Shown piece by piece: positions 34,932 through 46,216 of a stretch of 64,000 bases of DNA (the stretch's first letter is position 1; each line of letters opens with the position of its first letter). A model generated the notes under the pieces. That model was not told where the DNA came from. It was given only the letters and a program-made list of their open reading frames with translations, and made no database searches. The stretch covers positions 11,718,001-11,782,000 of the forward strand of contig OZ059894.1 of the NCBI GenBank assembly GCA_964057225.1, in the 5' to 3' direction. The position numbers and the translations under genes were made by a program. This DNA is from Auanema rhodensis (Eukaryota; Animalia; Nematoda).

Positions 34932-37900
34932 ATGGTTTATTGAATAACTAATGTTATGATACAATAAATAACCAATAAAAAAGAGCCCAGAATCGGGGAG
35001 ACGGTATTACCAGTACAACTTAAAACAGCAAGTAATTAAAAAGTACATAATAAGACACATTGCCAACAGAGGCTAAAACGACTCAAGAGTCGGGGGAGTG
35101 GGTTAAAAAAAAATGAACAAAAAAAATGAATATTAAAGCAGAACAATGAGAAATCAAGTGCCGCTATGATCAAACAATTTGAGTGCCTACGGCAATGATG
35201 TTAAAAATAAACAACAAAATACATGTACCAATGAAGGTCAGAAAGAAAGAAACAAAAGACAAAATAAGTAATACAAAAAGTAAATACATTACAATCAAAT
35301 CACAAACAAGTCAATTGATAATTTCTTCTTCATATTGCCTTACACCAGAAACATGTTCCACGTAGATATTCCTGGCCCACTTGATGGTATCGGCGACGAC
35401 GAGCTTCTCCATTAGCCGGTTGTAGTGGCTGCTGATCTTGAGTGATCGGAGGGCTTGTCCGTTGAGCGGGTCCATAGTTCCAAGCATTCCTACGACATAC
35501 GCTTCTACACTAGTCTTATAACCAAGACATTGGTATTGGCTGGCTATGTCAGCATATTTCCTCTCCTTTATCATACGCGCGGCTATCATGGCTTGACGGC
35601 GGTTTTCATAGCTCACTGTAACATCAACGATACTACAGTGTTTTGCGTCATGATCGACCACTACTATGTCAGGTCGGAGTGTACTATTAATGCCAGGAAG
35701 AGGCTGGTTAGTGTAAACTTCTCCGTTTTTAGGCTCTGGCAGGGCTTTGATAAGACGGTCCACGATGTTGTTGTGGCGGAGTTGGATTGCTCTCGTGTGA
35801 GAGTGGCAGTGTCCAAGAACATGTGCAGCAGTTTCGTTGGAGTAACTACACCTGCGGCACTGTTTGTTTCCTTCTCCGTGTCTTCTACAGCCATTGAGCT
35901 GGAGAGTATTGAGTCGAGCCTTGTGGATGAATCGCCAATCAGCAAACCGTATGAAATCTCCCTTCGCCATAAAGTGATTGGACGCTTTGTTGAGCATTGT
36001 GACATCAAAGACTTTCCCTTGATCCGGTTTTTGAAGAAGGATCCGAAGGTCTTTCAGCCATAATGCACGTCGCAGGCTTCTGTGGCATAGTGAAGGTGTT
36101 AACAGTTGGTTGTTTAGATTGAGTTCTAAACCACTTTCGAGGCATGTCCAGTTAGCGTTGATGAGTTTCTTGAGTTGACGCATCGCTACTCTTACTCTAG
36201 TCCAGATGGAGGAAACATCAGATGTTTCGGTGTCGAAAATGCCATCAACGGAACCGTTGTAATATGCAGCTGTCTCATCGTTACTGGCTTGACGTTTAAT
36301 CCTTTTTGATGCTACTTTTTTTGAGTCTTGATGCGCAATATCAGCTACTACAAGATCAGATGACTTCAAAAGTTGGTAGGCATGAGTGACTTCACAGACG
36401 TCTGACAGGTGTTGGAGTCGAGAGAGACCAAGTCCGCCGTAGTTAGTTGGCAGGTAGATTGGTTCAGCACTGGCGTTTGGAGGATAGTGCATCCATCTAC
36501 GGGCACAGCGTTTGAGTTCTTTGTCAAAGGCGACTAGTTTACTCTTTGGGACGTGGCCATTCGTCATATGAAAATTAAGGCAGGGCATCAGGAAGGTGCG
36601 TACTGCGTCAGCTTTCTGCCATTCAGCAAGTAAGGATTTGTCAATTTTTTCCAAGTGTTGACTCATAATATTCACTGTTGGAACCGCAGACTTATGTAAA
36701 TGCATTCCAGTAGGGATTCCCAGGTGGGAGTAGCTGTCAAATTTGCTAAGAGCGGGTAGAGAGGAGCTCTGTAGCATGTATGAGGCTGTTGATATTTTCC
36801 CTTTGTCGATCGTCAAGGTGGCGCATTTCGCTGGTTTGAAGGTCAAGCCTGTGAAATTAGCCGCATTTGATGCTGCGTCCAACATTTTCTGTAGATCTTC
36901 TGATGATGAGGAGACCAGGGCAAGGTCATCGGCGTACGCTAGCACAGCGATGTTGTGGTTGTGTAGCTTATAGCCTGTAGAGGTTTCCAAGATGGTTTTA
37001 ATTAGAGGTTCAATGGCAAGGTTGAACAGGATCGGAGATAGTGGGGATCCTTGTAACACACCTGCGTGAACTGGAATGGTCGAAGTGAGTCCGGAGCCTG
37101 TCTGGATTCTTGTAGAGGCATCTGTGTATAGAGCTCGTACTCGGGATATTGAGGCTTCAGCCATTCCTGACCATCTTAGAACGTCTAGCAGAGTTTCGTG
37201 TGGCAGCGATCCAAAAGCGTTTGCGAGATCAAGCCAAGCAATTGCAATTTTCTCACGTTTACGTTTAGCGTCCGCAATGGTACTTTGCAACATAAAGTTG
37301 TGTTCCATGCATCCAGCTTTGGCCACAAAGCCCTTTTGGGAGGGAGAAAGTCTTTTTTCTGCTCTTGCCCATGTTAGCAGTCGATGCGTAAGACAAGCTG
37401 AGTACGTCTTACCAATTGTGCACGAAAGTGCTATTGGTCGCCAGTTGTTAATGTCAGCTTTATCACCTTTCTTATGGATGAGGACGGTGGTCGACTCTTT
37501 CCAGGAAAAAGGGATGTGTCCTAGCTTGTGTACGGTGTTAAATATCGCTGCTAATATGTGACCTCCTTGGTCAAATTTCTTCCAGTGCGAGTATCGAAGT
37601 CCATCAGCTCCTGGAGCCGTATCGCTGCAACGTCGTATGCGTTCCCAGACTTCCAAAGGGGTGAAAACACCTTCTAGTGGGTCGGTACTAGCTGGCAAAT
37701 CCGGTCTGGTGACTGTGATGGGGAGGGCTGGGCCTTGACTGCTGTGAACAGAAAGGAAGTGTTTTTCAACCTCTGCAGATGGTATGGTGCAGGTTTCACT
37801 TTGTTCTCCGAGCAGTTGTCGAAAGGCTTTCTTCTTGTTGGCCCTCCAAAGCTTCTGGAGCTTCATCGCCTGGGTTTTTTGGTCTTCCTCAGGTTGTGTG

Positions 37901-38641
37901 TGTGGTCGGCGCCTTTGTCGGAAGTTGGGAACTTTGATCATAATGTCAAGAGACTTTCTGATTGTGTCTACCAACTCTTCCAGGACCTGCTCGAGCTCAC
38001 TTTTGCACACTACCTTTTTAATTCTATCCACCCAAATATTTTCAGAGTTTCTATTCGGATCAGGGTCGGCAAAAGATGGTTCTGTACTCGGAACCCTGAT
38101 CTCGTTGAATATTTCACTCTCTCGCGGAAGGGGGGAAACTTCGGCCTCTGGGGACAAGTCCAGAATTGGGGCCTCAAACAAGCGTACCGTTGATGGAGAT
38201 CCTTGTTCCTGTCCACTGGATGATGTTTCCTCCATTGTACGCTCCTCCACGGGCGGGGTGGTCGTCCTTGTGCCTGGTGGGCGGGTGTTCCTGATCCTCC
38301 GCAATATAGGGCGGGAACTGGGCTCTCTCGGAGATAGAGGTGAGATCACCACAGTTTCCTCTATGATGCGGAGACATCCTTCAGCTTTTTTCTGATGGCT
38401 TTTAACGGCCTTCAGATTGCTGGTGAGGCCACAGGCACGGCACTCAAATTCTACTCTGACCTCATGTTCTCTCCGAAGATGGCGGACGAGACCATTGTGG
38501 TCTGAGTAGGATCGCGGAATAGGAGCGCAGATTGAACACGAAAAAGGGCTCTGAAGAGGCACCTTTAGCTTGTAAAGCCCTTGCTCCATCTCTAGCAGAT
38601 CTAAAGACTTACGTAGTACAGTTGCAATATCGATTTAGCCA
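34932..38641 (-). mobile_element. Full-length U2-targeting non-LTR retrotransposon (Utopia-like), copy 2
   Basis: Same structure and same junction positions as copy 1. Inserted into the U2 head of a family-A short element. 3' UTR has indels relative to copy 1. Confidence 0.93.
35311..38589 (-). CDS. Non-LTR retrotransposon polyprotein (ZnF-RT-CCHC-RLE), 1092 aa
   Basis: Intact ORF with the same motifs as 7563..10841 and about a dozen amino-acid differences by eye. Confidence 0.97.
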   Translation of the reverse strand: MEQGLYKLKVPLQSPFSCSICAPIPRSYSDHNGLVRHLRREHEVRVEFECRACGLTSNLKAVKSHQKKAEGCLRIIEETVVISPLSPREPSSRPILRRIRNTRPPGTRTTTPPVEERTMEETSSSGQEQGSPSTVRLFEAPILDLSPEAEVSPLPRESEIFNEIRVPSTEPSFADPDPNRNSENIWVDRIKKVVCKSELEQVLEELVDTIRKSLDIMIKVPNFRQRRRPHTQPEEDQKTQAMKLQKLWRANKKKAFRQLLGEQSETCTIPSAEVEKHFLSVHSSQGPALPITVTRPDLPASTDPLEGVFTPLEVWERIRRCSDTAPGADGLRYSHWKKFDQGGHILAAIFNTVHKLGHIPFSWKESTTVLIHKKGDKADINNWRPIALSCTIGKTYSACLTHRLLTWARAEKRLSPSQKGFVAKAGCMEHNFMLQSTIADAKRKREKIAIAWLDLANAFGSLPHETLLDVLRWSGMAEASISRVRALYTDASTRIQTGSGLTSTIPVHAGVLQGSPLSPILFNLAIEPLIKTILETSTGYKLHNHNIAVLAYADDLALVSSSSEDLQKMLDAASNAANFTGLTFKPAKCATLTIDKGKISTASYMLQSSSLPALSKFDSYSHLGIPTGMHLHKSAVPTVNIMSQHLEKIDKSLLAEWQKADAVRTFLMPCLNFHMTNGHVPKSKLVAFDKELKRCARRWMHYPPNASAEPIYLPTNYGGLGLSRLQHLSDVCEVTHAYQLLKSSDLVVADIAHQDSKKVASKRIKRQASNDETAAYYNGSVDGIFDTETSDVSSIWTRVRVAMRQLKKLINANWTCLESGLELNLNNQLLTPSLCHRSLRRALWLKDLRILLQKPDQGKVFDVTMLNKASNHFMAKGDFIRFADWRFIHKARLNTLQLNGCRRHGEGNKQCRRCSYSNETAAHVLGHCHSHTRAIQLRHNNIVDRLIKALPEPKNGEVYTNQPLPGINSTLRPDIVVVDHDAKHCSIVDVTVSYENRRQAMIAARMIKERKYADIASQYQCLGYKTSVEAYVVGMLGTMDPLNGQALRSLKISSHYNRLMEKLVVADTIKWARNIYVEHVSGVRQYEEEIIN

Positions 38642-38737
38642 TTAACCTTATTGTGAACCAATGGAACACATATCGAAGGTTAATTCGATAAGAACGATTA
38701 CTACACTTTGATCTTAGCCAAAAGGCCGAGAAGCGAT
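38642..38737 (-). pseudogene. U2: U2 snRNA 5' part (nt 1-96) without its upstream flank, heading retrotransposon copy 2
   Basis: Match ends exactly at U2 +1; the normal upstream flank is absent. Confidence 0.92.
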
Positions 38738-39591
38738 CGAGCGATGATAGAAAACTTTAACATTCACGAAATCATCATTTCTCATTACGCTACGGAGGTT
38801 TAAAAAGCTGTGTTTTACCTTATAATAGACCGGAAAACCCTTGTGTTAAAACTGGACCGTTTTTACACATATAAAAATGTCCCGTATTCGGGACCCTAAT
38901 GTAACTTTTGATTCCCTATATTTTTTTTCATGAAATTTACAATCTACTGTAGAAAGAAGAATTATTTTTATAAAAACTGTAAATTTTTGAAAAATGAAAA
39001 CAAAACGAAAACAAAAACAACTTTTTTTTGAACATTTTCTCACACAAGGGTCCCCCCTTACCTACTTTTTTTCTCATTACTCGTTTCAACCTCATCCGAT
39101 CACTCTGCAAACATGTTTAATCGTTCTAACTTGTTGAAATACGTCTTAAAAGTCTAAACAACATGCATATGCATAATAGAAACCACCCGAATAGGCCCCC
39201 ACGCACTAAACGAGATATATACATTACCAGTATAGTAATAGAACACATATTGAAGATTAATTCGATAAGAACAATTTATTGACGTAGAGAATGTTTGTTC
39301 CGAAAAACTACAATATTAAACTATAAAAGTAACAAAAGCGTAGAGGCAGCAAAGACATGAATAAACATAAATGTAAATACAGAATTACCAGGTAGTACAT
39401 AAGTATGACAAAAAATTATAAGAAAGCCATGAAAATAGAAGGTTTGTGAACAAATGAGAGGTACATCTTTGATCGTATAGTCATTTCTAAACCGTTCGTA
39501 TGCTGCAGCATCGTCATAAGCGTCACTCAAGTTGAATTTCCATGTGTACTACACGATTTTCATTCTTATTGTTACATTCTTTCCCTGAGGG

Positions 39592-39777
39592 AATGGGCCG
39601 TTCCCGCCAGCAGTGCAAGAGCGGGTCGACCCGTGAGGTGGAGCTAGCAAGCCAGCATCTACCTCAAGTCTCAAAAATCGGTTAACCTTATTGTGAACCA
39701 ATGGAACACATATCGAAGGTTAATTCGATAAGAACGATTACTACACTTTGATCTTAGCCAAAAGGCCGAGAAGCGAT
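39592..39777 (-). ncRNA. U2: U2 snRNA
   Basis: Array copy. Confidence 0.96.
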
Positions 39778-40219
39778 ACAGCATAGCCATGAGTATCAAA
39801 GACATCAAGCAAATGTATCGTACTTGTTACGAGTGCACTCTCTCATTTGAATATAAAAGTGTGGTTTGACAATCTTGACTGTACAGGTCATAAATGGCTC
39901 ATATAAACTGTGGATTTACTCAACTTTTGGACTTATTTTTTTCTTATTCGAAGCGCTGCACTTTTTTCTATTCTTTTTATTCAAATACTTGTATATAGTT
40001 TTATATGTACGGTTGCAAAGTTTCCGAATATTTTATATATTTTTATACAATAATTAGGAGAAGGTTAATACAATGAAATCTCCCAACTTTACAGTGTTTG
40101 TATTGCTTACAGTATCTAGAACAACCACTCTTGTAATATTAGAGCACATATCAATCAACAACTTTTTCTAGTTATCAAAGCTTTTTTATTTCTTCAAGAT
40201 ATTTCAAATAAAATATAAA

Positions 40220-40338
40220 AGCTTACGACACCCGGGATTCCCAAGCCGTCTCCGATCCAAGTACTAACCGGGCCCAACGTTGCTTGACTTGCCAGATCGG
40301 ACGGGATGGCGTACTTTCAACGTGGTATGGTCGTAAGC
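40220..40338 (-). rRNA. 5S: 5S rRNA
   Basis: Array copy. Confidence 0.96.
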
Positions 40339-40579
40339 AATGTTATATTCTTCATTATCAGTTATATCACTCTAAATCTTGTTGTTAATAGTTAGGACCA
40401 CAAAGAAAACAACAGGAACAGTAACAAATGAAATGCCCAAACTTTACAGTGTTCGAGTTATTTACAGTATCTAAGACTACCTCTGTCGTGTTATTAGAGC
40501 AAACATTCGATTAACAACAACTTTTTTTTAGTTATCAAAGCTTTTTTATTTCTTCAAAAAATTTCAAATAAAATATAAA

Positions 40580-40698
40580 AGCTTACGACACCCGGGATTC
40601 CCAAGCCGTCTCCGATCCAAGTACTAACCGGGCCCAACGTTGCTTGACTTGCCAGATCGGACGGGATGGCGTACTTTCAACGTGGTATGGTCGTAAGC
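40580..40698 (-). rRNA. 5S: 5S rRNA
   Basis: Array copy. Confidence 0.96.
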
Positions 40699-40840
40699 AA
40701 TGTCATATTCTTCATTATCAGTTATATCACTCTAAATCTTGTTGTTAATAGATACGACCACAAAGAAAACAACAGGAACAGTAACAATAACAAAAAAAAT
40801 TTTTTTTTCACCTATGTGTCTAAAGGTTAGCCATGTATCC

Positions 40841-40898
<58 letters not shown>

Positions 40899-42078
40899 AC
40901 AGTAAAAAGTCCAATCAAGAGAGAAATTTTTTCAACACATAGTTGTTTTTTTTTTAAATATCATTGTTTTTCCTCATAACTCGGTTTAAACTCGTTCTAA
41001 CCCGTTGAAATACGTCTAGAAAGTCTTTATAACATGCATATGTATGATAGAACTTCATATTTATTGTAATAGAAAATTTTATTTTCAGACGTCTTGGTTA
41101 ACAATGATATGTTTTACCCCCTTATAATTTTTATCATAATGTTCCTTATACGGAACGCTCAATGAAACTTGCTTCCAGAAAAATTTCTTTCTATTTTTTC
41201 TTCATATGTACGTAGATACTATAGAGAACTATGATAGAAAACTTTAACATTCACGAAATCATCATTTCTCATTACGCTACGGAGGTTTAAAAAGCTGTGT
41301 TTTACCTTATAATAGACCGGAAAACCCTTGTGTTAAAACTGGACCGTTTTTACACATATAAAAATGTCCCGTATTCGGGACCCTAATGTAACTTTTGATT
41401 CCCTATATTTTTTTTCATGAAATTTACAATCTACTGTAGAAAGAAGAATTATTTTTATAAAAACTGTAAATTTTTGAAAAATGAAAACAAAACGAAAACA
41501 AAAACAACTTTTTTTTGAACATTTTCTCACACAAGGGTCCCCCCTTACCTACTTTTTTTCTCATTACTCGTTTCAACCTCATCCGATCACTCTGCAAACA
41601 TGTTTAATCGTTCTAACTTGTTGAAATACGTCTTAAAAGTCTAAACAACATGCATATGCATAATAGAAACCACCCGAATAGGCCCCCACGCACTAAACGA
41701 GATATATACATTACCAGTATAGTAATAGAACACATATTGAAGATTAATTCGATAAGAACAATTTATTGACGTAGAGAATGTTTGTTCCGAAAAACTACAA
41801 TATTAAACTATAAAAGTAACAAAAGCGTAGAGGCAGCAAAGACATGAATAAACATAAATGTAAATACAGAATTACCAGGTAGTACATAAGTATGACAAAA
41901 AATTATAAGAAAGCCATGAAAATAGAAGGTTTGTGAACAAATGAGAGGTACATCTTTGATCGTATAGTCATTTCTAAACCGTTCGTATGCTGCAGCATCG
42001 TCATAAGCGTCACTCAAGTTGAATTTCCATGTGTACTACACGATTTTCATTCTTATTGTTACATTCTTTCCCTGAGGG

Positions 42079-42226
42079 AATGGGCCGTTCCCGCCAGCAG
42101 TGCAAGAGCGGGTCGACCCGTGAGGTGGAGCTAGCAAGCCAGCATCTACCTCAAGTCTCAAAAATCGGTTAACCTTATTGTGAACCAATGGAACACATAT
42201 CGAAGGTTAATTCGATAAGAACGATT
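42079..42226 (-). pseudogene. U2: U2 snRNA 3' part (nt 39-end), interrupted by family B element
   Basis: U2 match stops at the junction. Confidence 0.92.
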
Positions 42227-43091
42227 TATTGAAGTAGGAAATGTTTTGCCCCGTAGGACTACAAGTAAATATTATCTAGCACAAGGCTATTAGAGAATGA
42301 TAAGATACTACCTGCACTAAGTGCGTCGCATCGTAAAGGGAAAAAAAATTAAACAATGGGAGTTTAACAGCATGAAATTGAGAGAAAAGACATATCCGAG
42401 TGTGAATAAAATTACGGGTGAACGGAACATGGAGTACGAGAGACATACAAAACGAGACTAAGTGAAAAGAAAAAGTCTTGTATCACGTTCATGAAGGTTC
42501 GACGGATCCGGTAAGAAGCTGCGGGTTCAGAAGGTCAGCTTTCATCTCGTAGTCGTGGCGCATCAGGAATTTGTGAAGCTTTCCGGCTTTGCAGACGGCT
42601 GTATTGGTCCTCGTAGGATGGTGGAAGATGTTGTCGCTTAGTGATGTTACACATAAAGATATGCAAAAATAGAACAATTCAAAGAAAAAGAGCACAATTA
42701 AAACGAGATTTGGAGAGAAGAGAAGTCTTATATCACTTTCGATGGTTCGGAAGCTCCAGTCTGCTGCTGCGGTTTAGGGGGTGCAACTGGCATGTCGGAG
42801 GCGTAGCACATCATAGGTCAAGCTTGCTGGACTCCCGGCTCGGCTGGTGGCTGTGAGTTTTCCTTGTGCTTGTTCTCGGTGGTGGTCCCTGGGCTGTCTC
42901 TTCACCAAAAATTACTATACTAATTGCACATTTCATTTAAACGACCCATTTCAGAAGCTTTAAGAGGAAAAGCTACAATTAGCATAGGACCGCCTCAAGG
43001 CCTGGTGGATCATTCAATTTAGTTTCAATCGCCAAGTATAGCGGCCTGGGCCCTTGGGTCAATTCACTGAACCAGTGTAGTATCGATTGTT
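42227..43091 (-). mobile_element. Non-autonomous U2-targeting short retroelement, family B (865 bp)
   Basis: Same insertion site and same U2 nt 1-79 head as family A. Clearly homologous 5' and 3' terminal blocks with a diverged interior. Confidence 0.85.
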
Positions 43092-43170
43092 CAATGGAAC
43101 ACATATCGAAGGTTAATTCGATAAGAACGATTACTACACTTTGATCTTAGCCAAAAGGCCGAGAAGCGAT
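43092..43170 (-). pseudogene. U2: U2 snRNA 5' part (nt 1-79) heading family B element
   Basis: U2 match ends at CCATTG. Confidence 0.92.
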
Positions 43171-43612
43171 ACAGCATAGCCATGAGTATCAAAGACATCA
43201 AGCAAATGTATCGTACTTGTTACGTGTGCACTCTCTCATTTGAATATAAAAGTGTGGTTTGACAATCTTGACTGTACAGGTCATAAATGGCTCATATAAA
43301 CTGTGGATTTACTCAACTTTTGGACTTATTTTTTTCTTATTCGAAGCGCTGCACTTTTTTCTATTCTTTTTATTCAAATACTTGTATATAGTTTTATATG
43401 TACGGTTGCAAAGTTTCCGAATATTTTATATATTTTTATACAATAATTAGGAGAAGGTTAATACAATGAAATCTCCCAACTTTACAGTGTTTGTATTGCT
43501 TACAGTATCTAGAACAACCACTCTTGTAATATTAGAGCACATATCAATCAACAACTTTTTCTAGTTATCAAAGCTTTTTTATTTCTTCAAGATATTTCAA
43601 ATAAAATATAAA

Positions 43613-43731
43613 AGCTTACGACACCCGGGATTCCCAAGCCGTCTCCGATCCAAGTACTAACCGGGCCCAACGTTGCTTGACTTGCCAGATCGGACGGGAT
43701 GGCGTACTTTCAACGTGGTATGGTCGTAAGC
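43613..43731 (-). rRNA. 5S: 5S rRNA
   Basis: Array copy. Confidence 0.96.
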
Positions 43732-43972
43732 AATGTTATATTCTTCATTATCAGTTATATCACTCTAAATCTTGTTGTTAATAGTTAGGACCACAAAGAA
43801 AACAACAGGAACAGTAACAAATGAAATGCCCAAACTTTACAGTGTTCGAGTTATTTACAGTATCTAAGACTACCTCTGTCGTGTTATTAGAGCAAACATT
43901 CGATTAACAACAACTTTTTTTTAGTTATCAAAGCTTTTTTATTTCTTCAAAAAATTTCAAATAAAATATAAA

Positions 43973-44091
43973 AGCTTACGACACCCGGGATTCCCAAGCC
44001 GTCTCCGATCCAAGTACTAACCGGGCCCAACGTTGCTTGACTTGCCAGATCGGACGGGATGGCGTACTTTCAACGTGGTATGGTCGTAAGC
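43973..44091 (-). rRNA. 5S: 5S rRNA
   Basis: Array copy. Confidence 0.96.
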
Positions 44092-44233
44092 AATGTCATA
44101 TTCTTCATTATCAGTTATATCACTCTAAATCTTGTTGTTAATAGATACGACCACAAAGAAAACAACAGGAACAGTAACAATAACAAAAAAAATTTTTTTT
44201 TCACCTATGTGTCTAAAGGTTAGCCATGTATCC

Positions 44234-44289
<56 letters not shown>

Positions 44290-45469
44290 ACAGTAAAAAG
44301 TCCAATCAAGAGAGAAATTTTTTCAACACATAGTTGTTTTTTTTTTAAATATCATTGTTTTTCCTCATAACTCGGTTTAAACTCGTTCTAACCCGTTGAA
44401 ATACGTCTAGAAAGTCTTTATAACATGCATATGTATGATAGAACTTCATATTTATTGTAATAGAAAATTTTATTTTCAGACGTCTTGGTTAACAATGATA
44501 TGTTTTACCCCCTTATAATTTTTATCATAATGTTCCTTATACGGAACGCTCAATGAAACTTGCTTCCAGAAAAATTTCTTTCTATTTTTTCTTCATATGT
44601 ACGTAGATACTATAGAGAACTATGATAGAAAACTTTAACATTCACGAAATCATCATTTCTCATTACGCTACGGAGGTTTAAAAAGCTGTGTTTTACCTTA
44701 TAATAGACCGGAAAACCCTTGTGTTAAAACTGGACCGTTTTTACACATATAAAAATGTCCCGTATTCGGGACCCTAATGTAACTTTTGATTCCCTATATT
44801 TTTTTTCATGAAATTTACAATCTACTGTAGAAAGAAGAATTATTTTTATAAAAACTGTAAATTTTTGAAAAATGAAAACAAAACGAAAACAAAAACAACT
44901 TTTTTTTGAACATTTTCTCACACAAGGGTCCCCCCTTACCTACTTTTTTTCTCATTACTCGTTTCAACCTCATCCGATCACTCTGCAAACATGTTTAATC
45001 GTTCTAACTTGTTGAAATACGTCTTAAAAGTCTAAACAACATGCATATGCATAATAGAAACCACCCGAATAGGCCCCCACGCACTAAACGAGATATATAC
45101 ATTACCAGTATAGTAATAGAACACATATTGAAGATTAATTCGATAAGAACAATTTATTGACGTAGAGAATGTTTGTTCCGAAAAACTACAATATTAAACT
45201 ATAAAAGTAACAAAAGCGTAGAGGCAGCAAAGACATGAATAAACATAAATGTAAATACAGAATTACCAGGTAGTACATAAGTATGACAAAAAATTATAAG
45301 AAAGCCATGAAAATAGAAGGTTTGTGAACAAATGAGAGGTACATCTTTGATCGTATAGTCATTTCTAAACCGTTCGTATGCTGCAGCATCGTCATAAGCG
45401 TCACTCAAGTTGAATTTCCATGTGTACTACACGATTTTCATTCTTATTGTTACATTCTTTCCCTGAGGG

Positions 45470-45655
45470 AATGGGCCGTTCCCGCCAGCAGTGCAAGAGC
45501 GGGTCGACCCGTGAGGTGGAGCTAGCAAGCCAGCATCTACCTCAAGTCTCAAAAATCGGTTAACCTTATTGTGAACCAATGGAACACATATCGAAGGTTA
45601 ATTCGATAAGAACGATTACTACACTTTGATCTTAGCCAAAAGGCCGAGAAGCGAT
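45470..45655 (-). ncRNA. U2: U2 snRNA
   Basis: Array copy. Confidence 0.96.
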
Positions 45656-46097
45656 ACAGCATAGCCATGAGTATCAAAGACATCAAGCAAATGTATCGTA
45701 CTTGTTACGAGTGCACTCTCTCATTTGAATATAAAAGTGTGGTTTGACAATCTTGACTGTACAGGTCATAAATGGCTCATATAAACTGTGGATTTACTCA
45801 ACTTTTGGACTTATTTTTTTCTTATTCGAAGCGCTGCACTTTTTTCTATTCTTTTTATTCAAATACTTGTATATAGTTTTATATGTACGGTTGCAAAGTT
45901 TCCGAATATTTTATATATTTTTATACAATAATTAGGAGAAGGTTAATACAATGAAATCTCCCAACTTTACAGTGTTTGTATTGCTTACAGTATCTAGAAC
46001 AACCACTCTTGTAATATTAGAGCACATATCAATCAACAACTTTTTCTAGTTATCAAAGCTTTTTTATTTCTTCAAGATATTTCAAATAAAATATAAA

Positions 46098-46216
46098 AGC
46101 TTACGACACCCGGGATTCCCAAGCCGTCTCCGATCCAAGTACTAACCGGGCCCAACGTTGCTTGACTTGCCAGATCGGACGGGATGGCGTACTTTCAACG
46201 TGGTATGGTCGTAAGC
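46098..46216 (-). rRNA. 5S: 5S rRNA
   Basis: Array copy. Confidence 0.96.
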
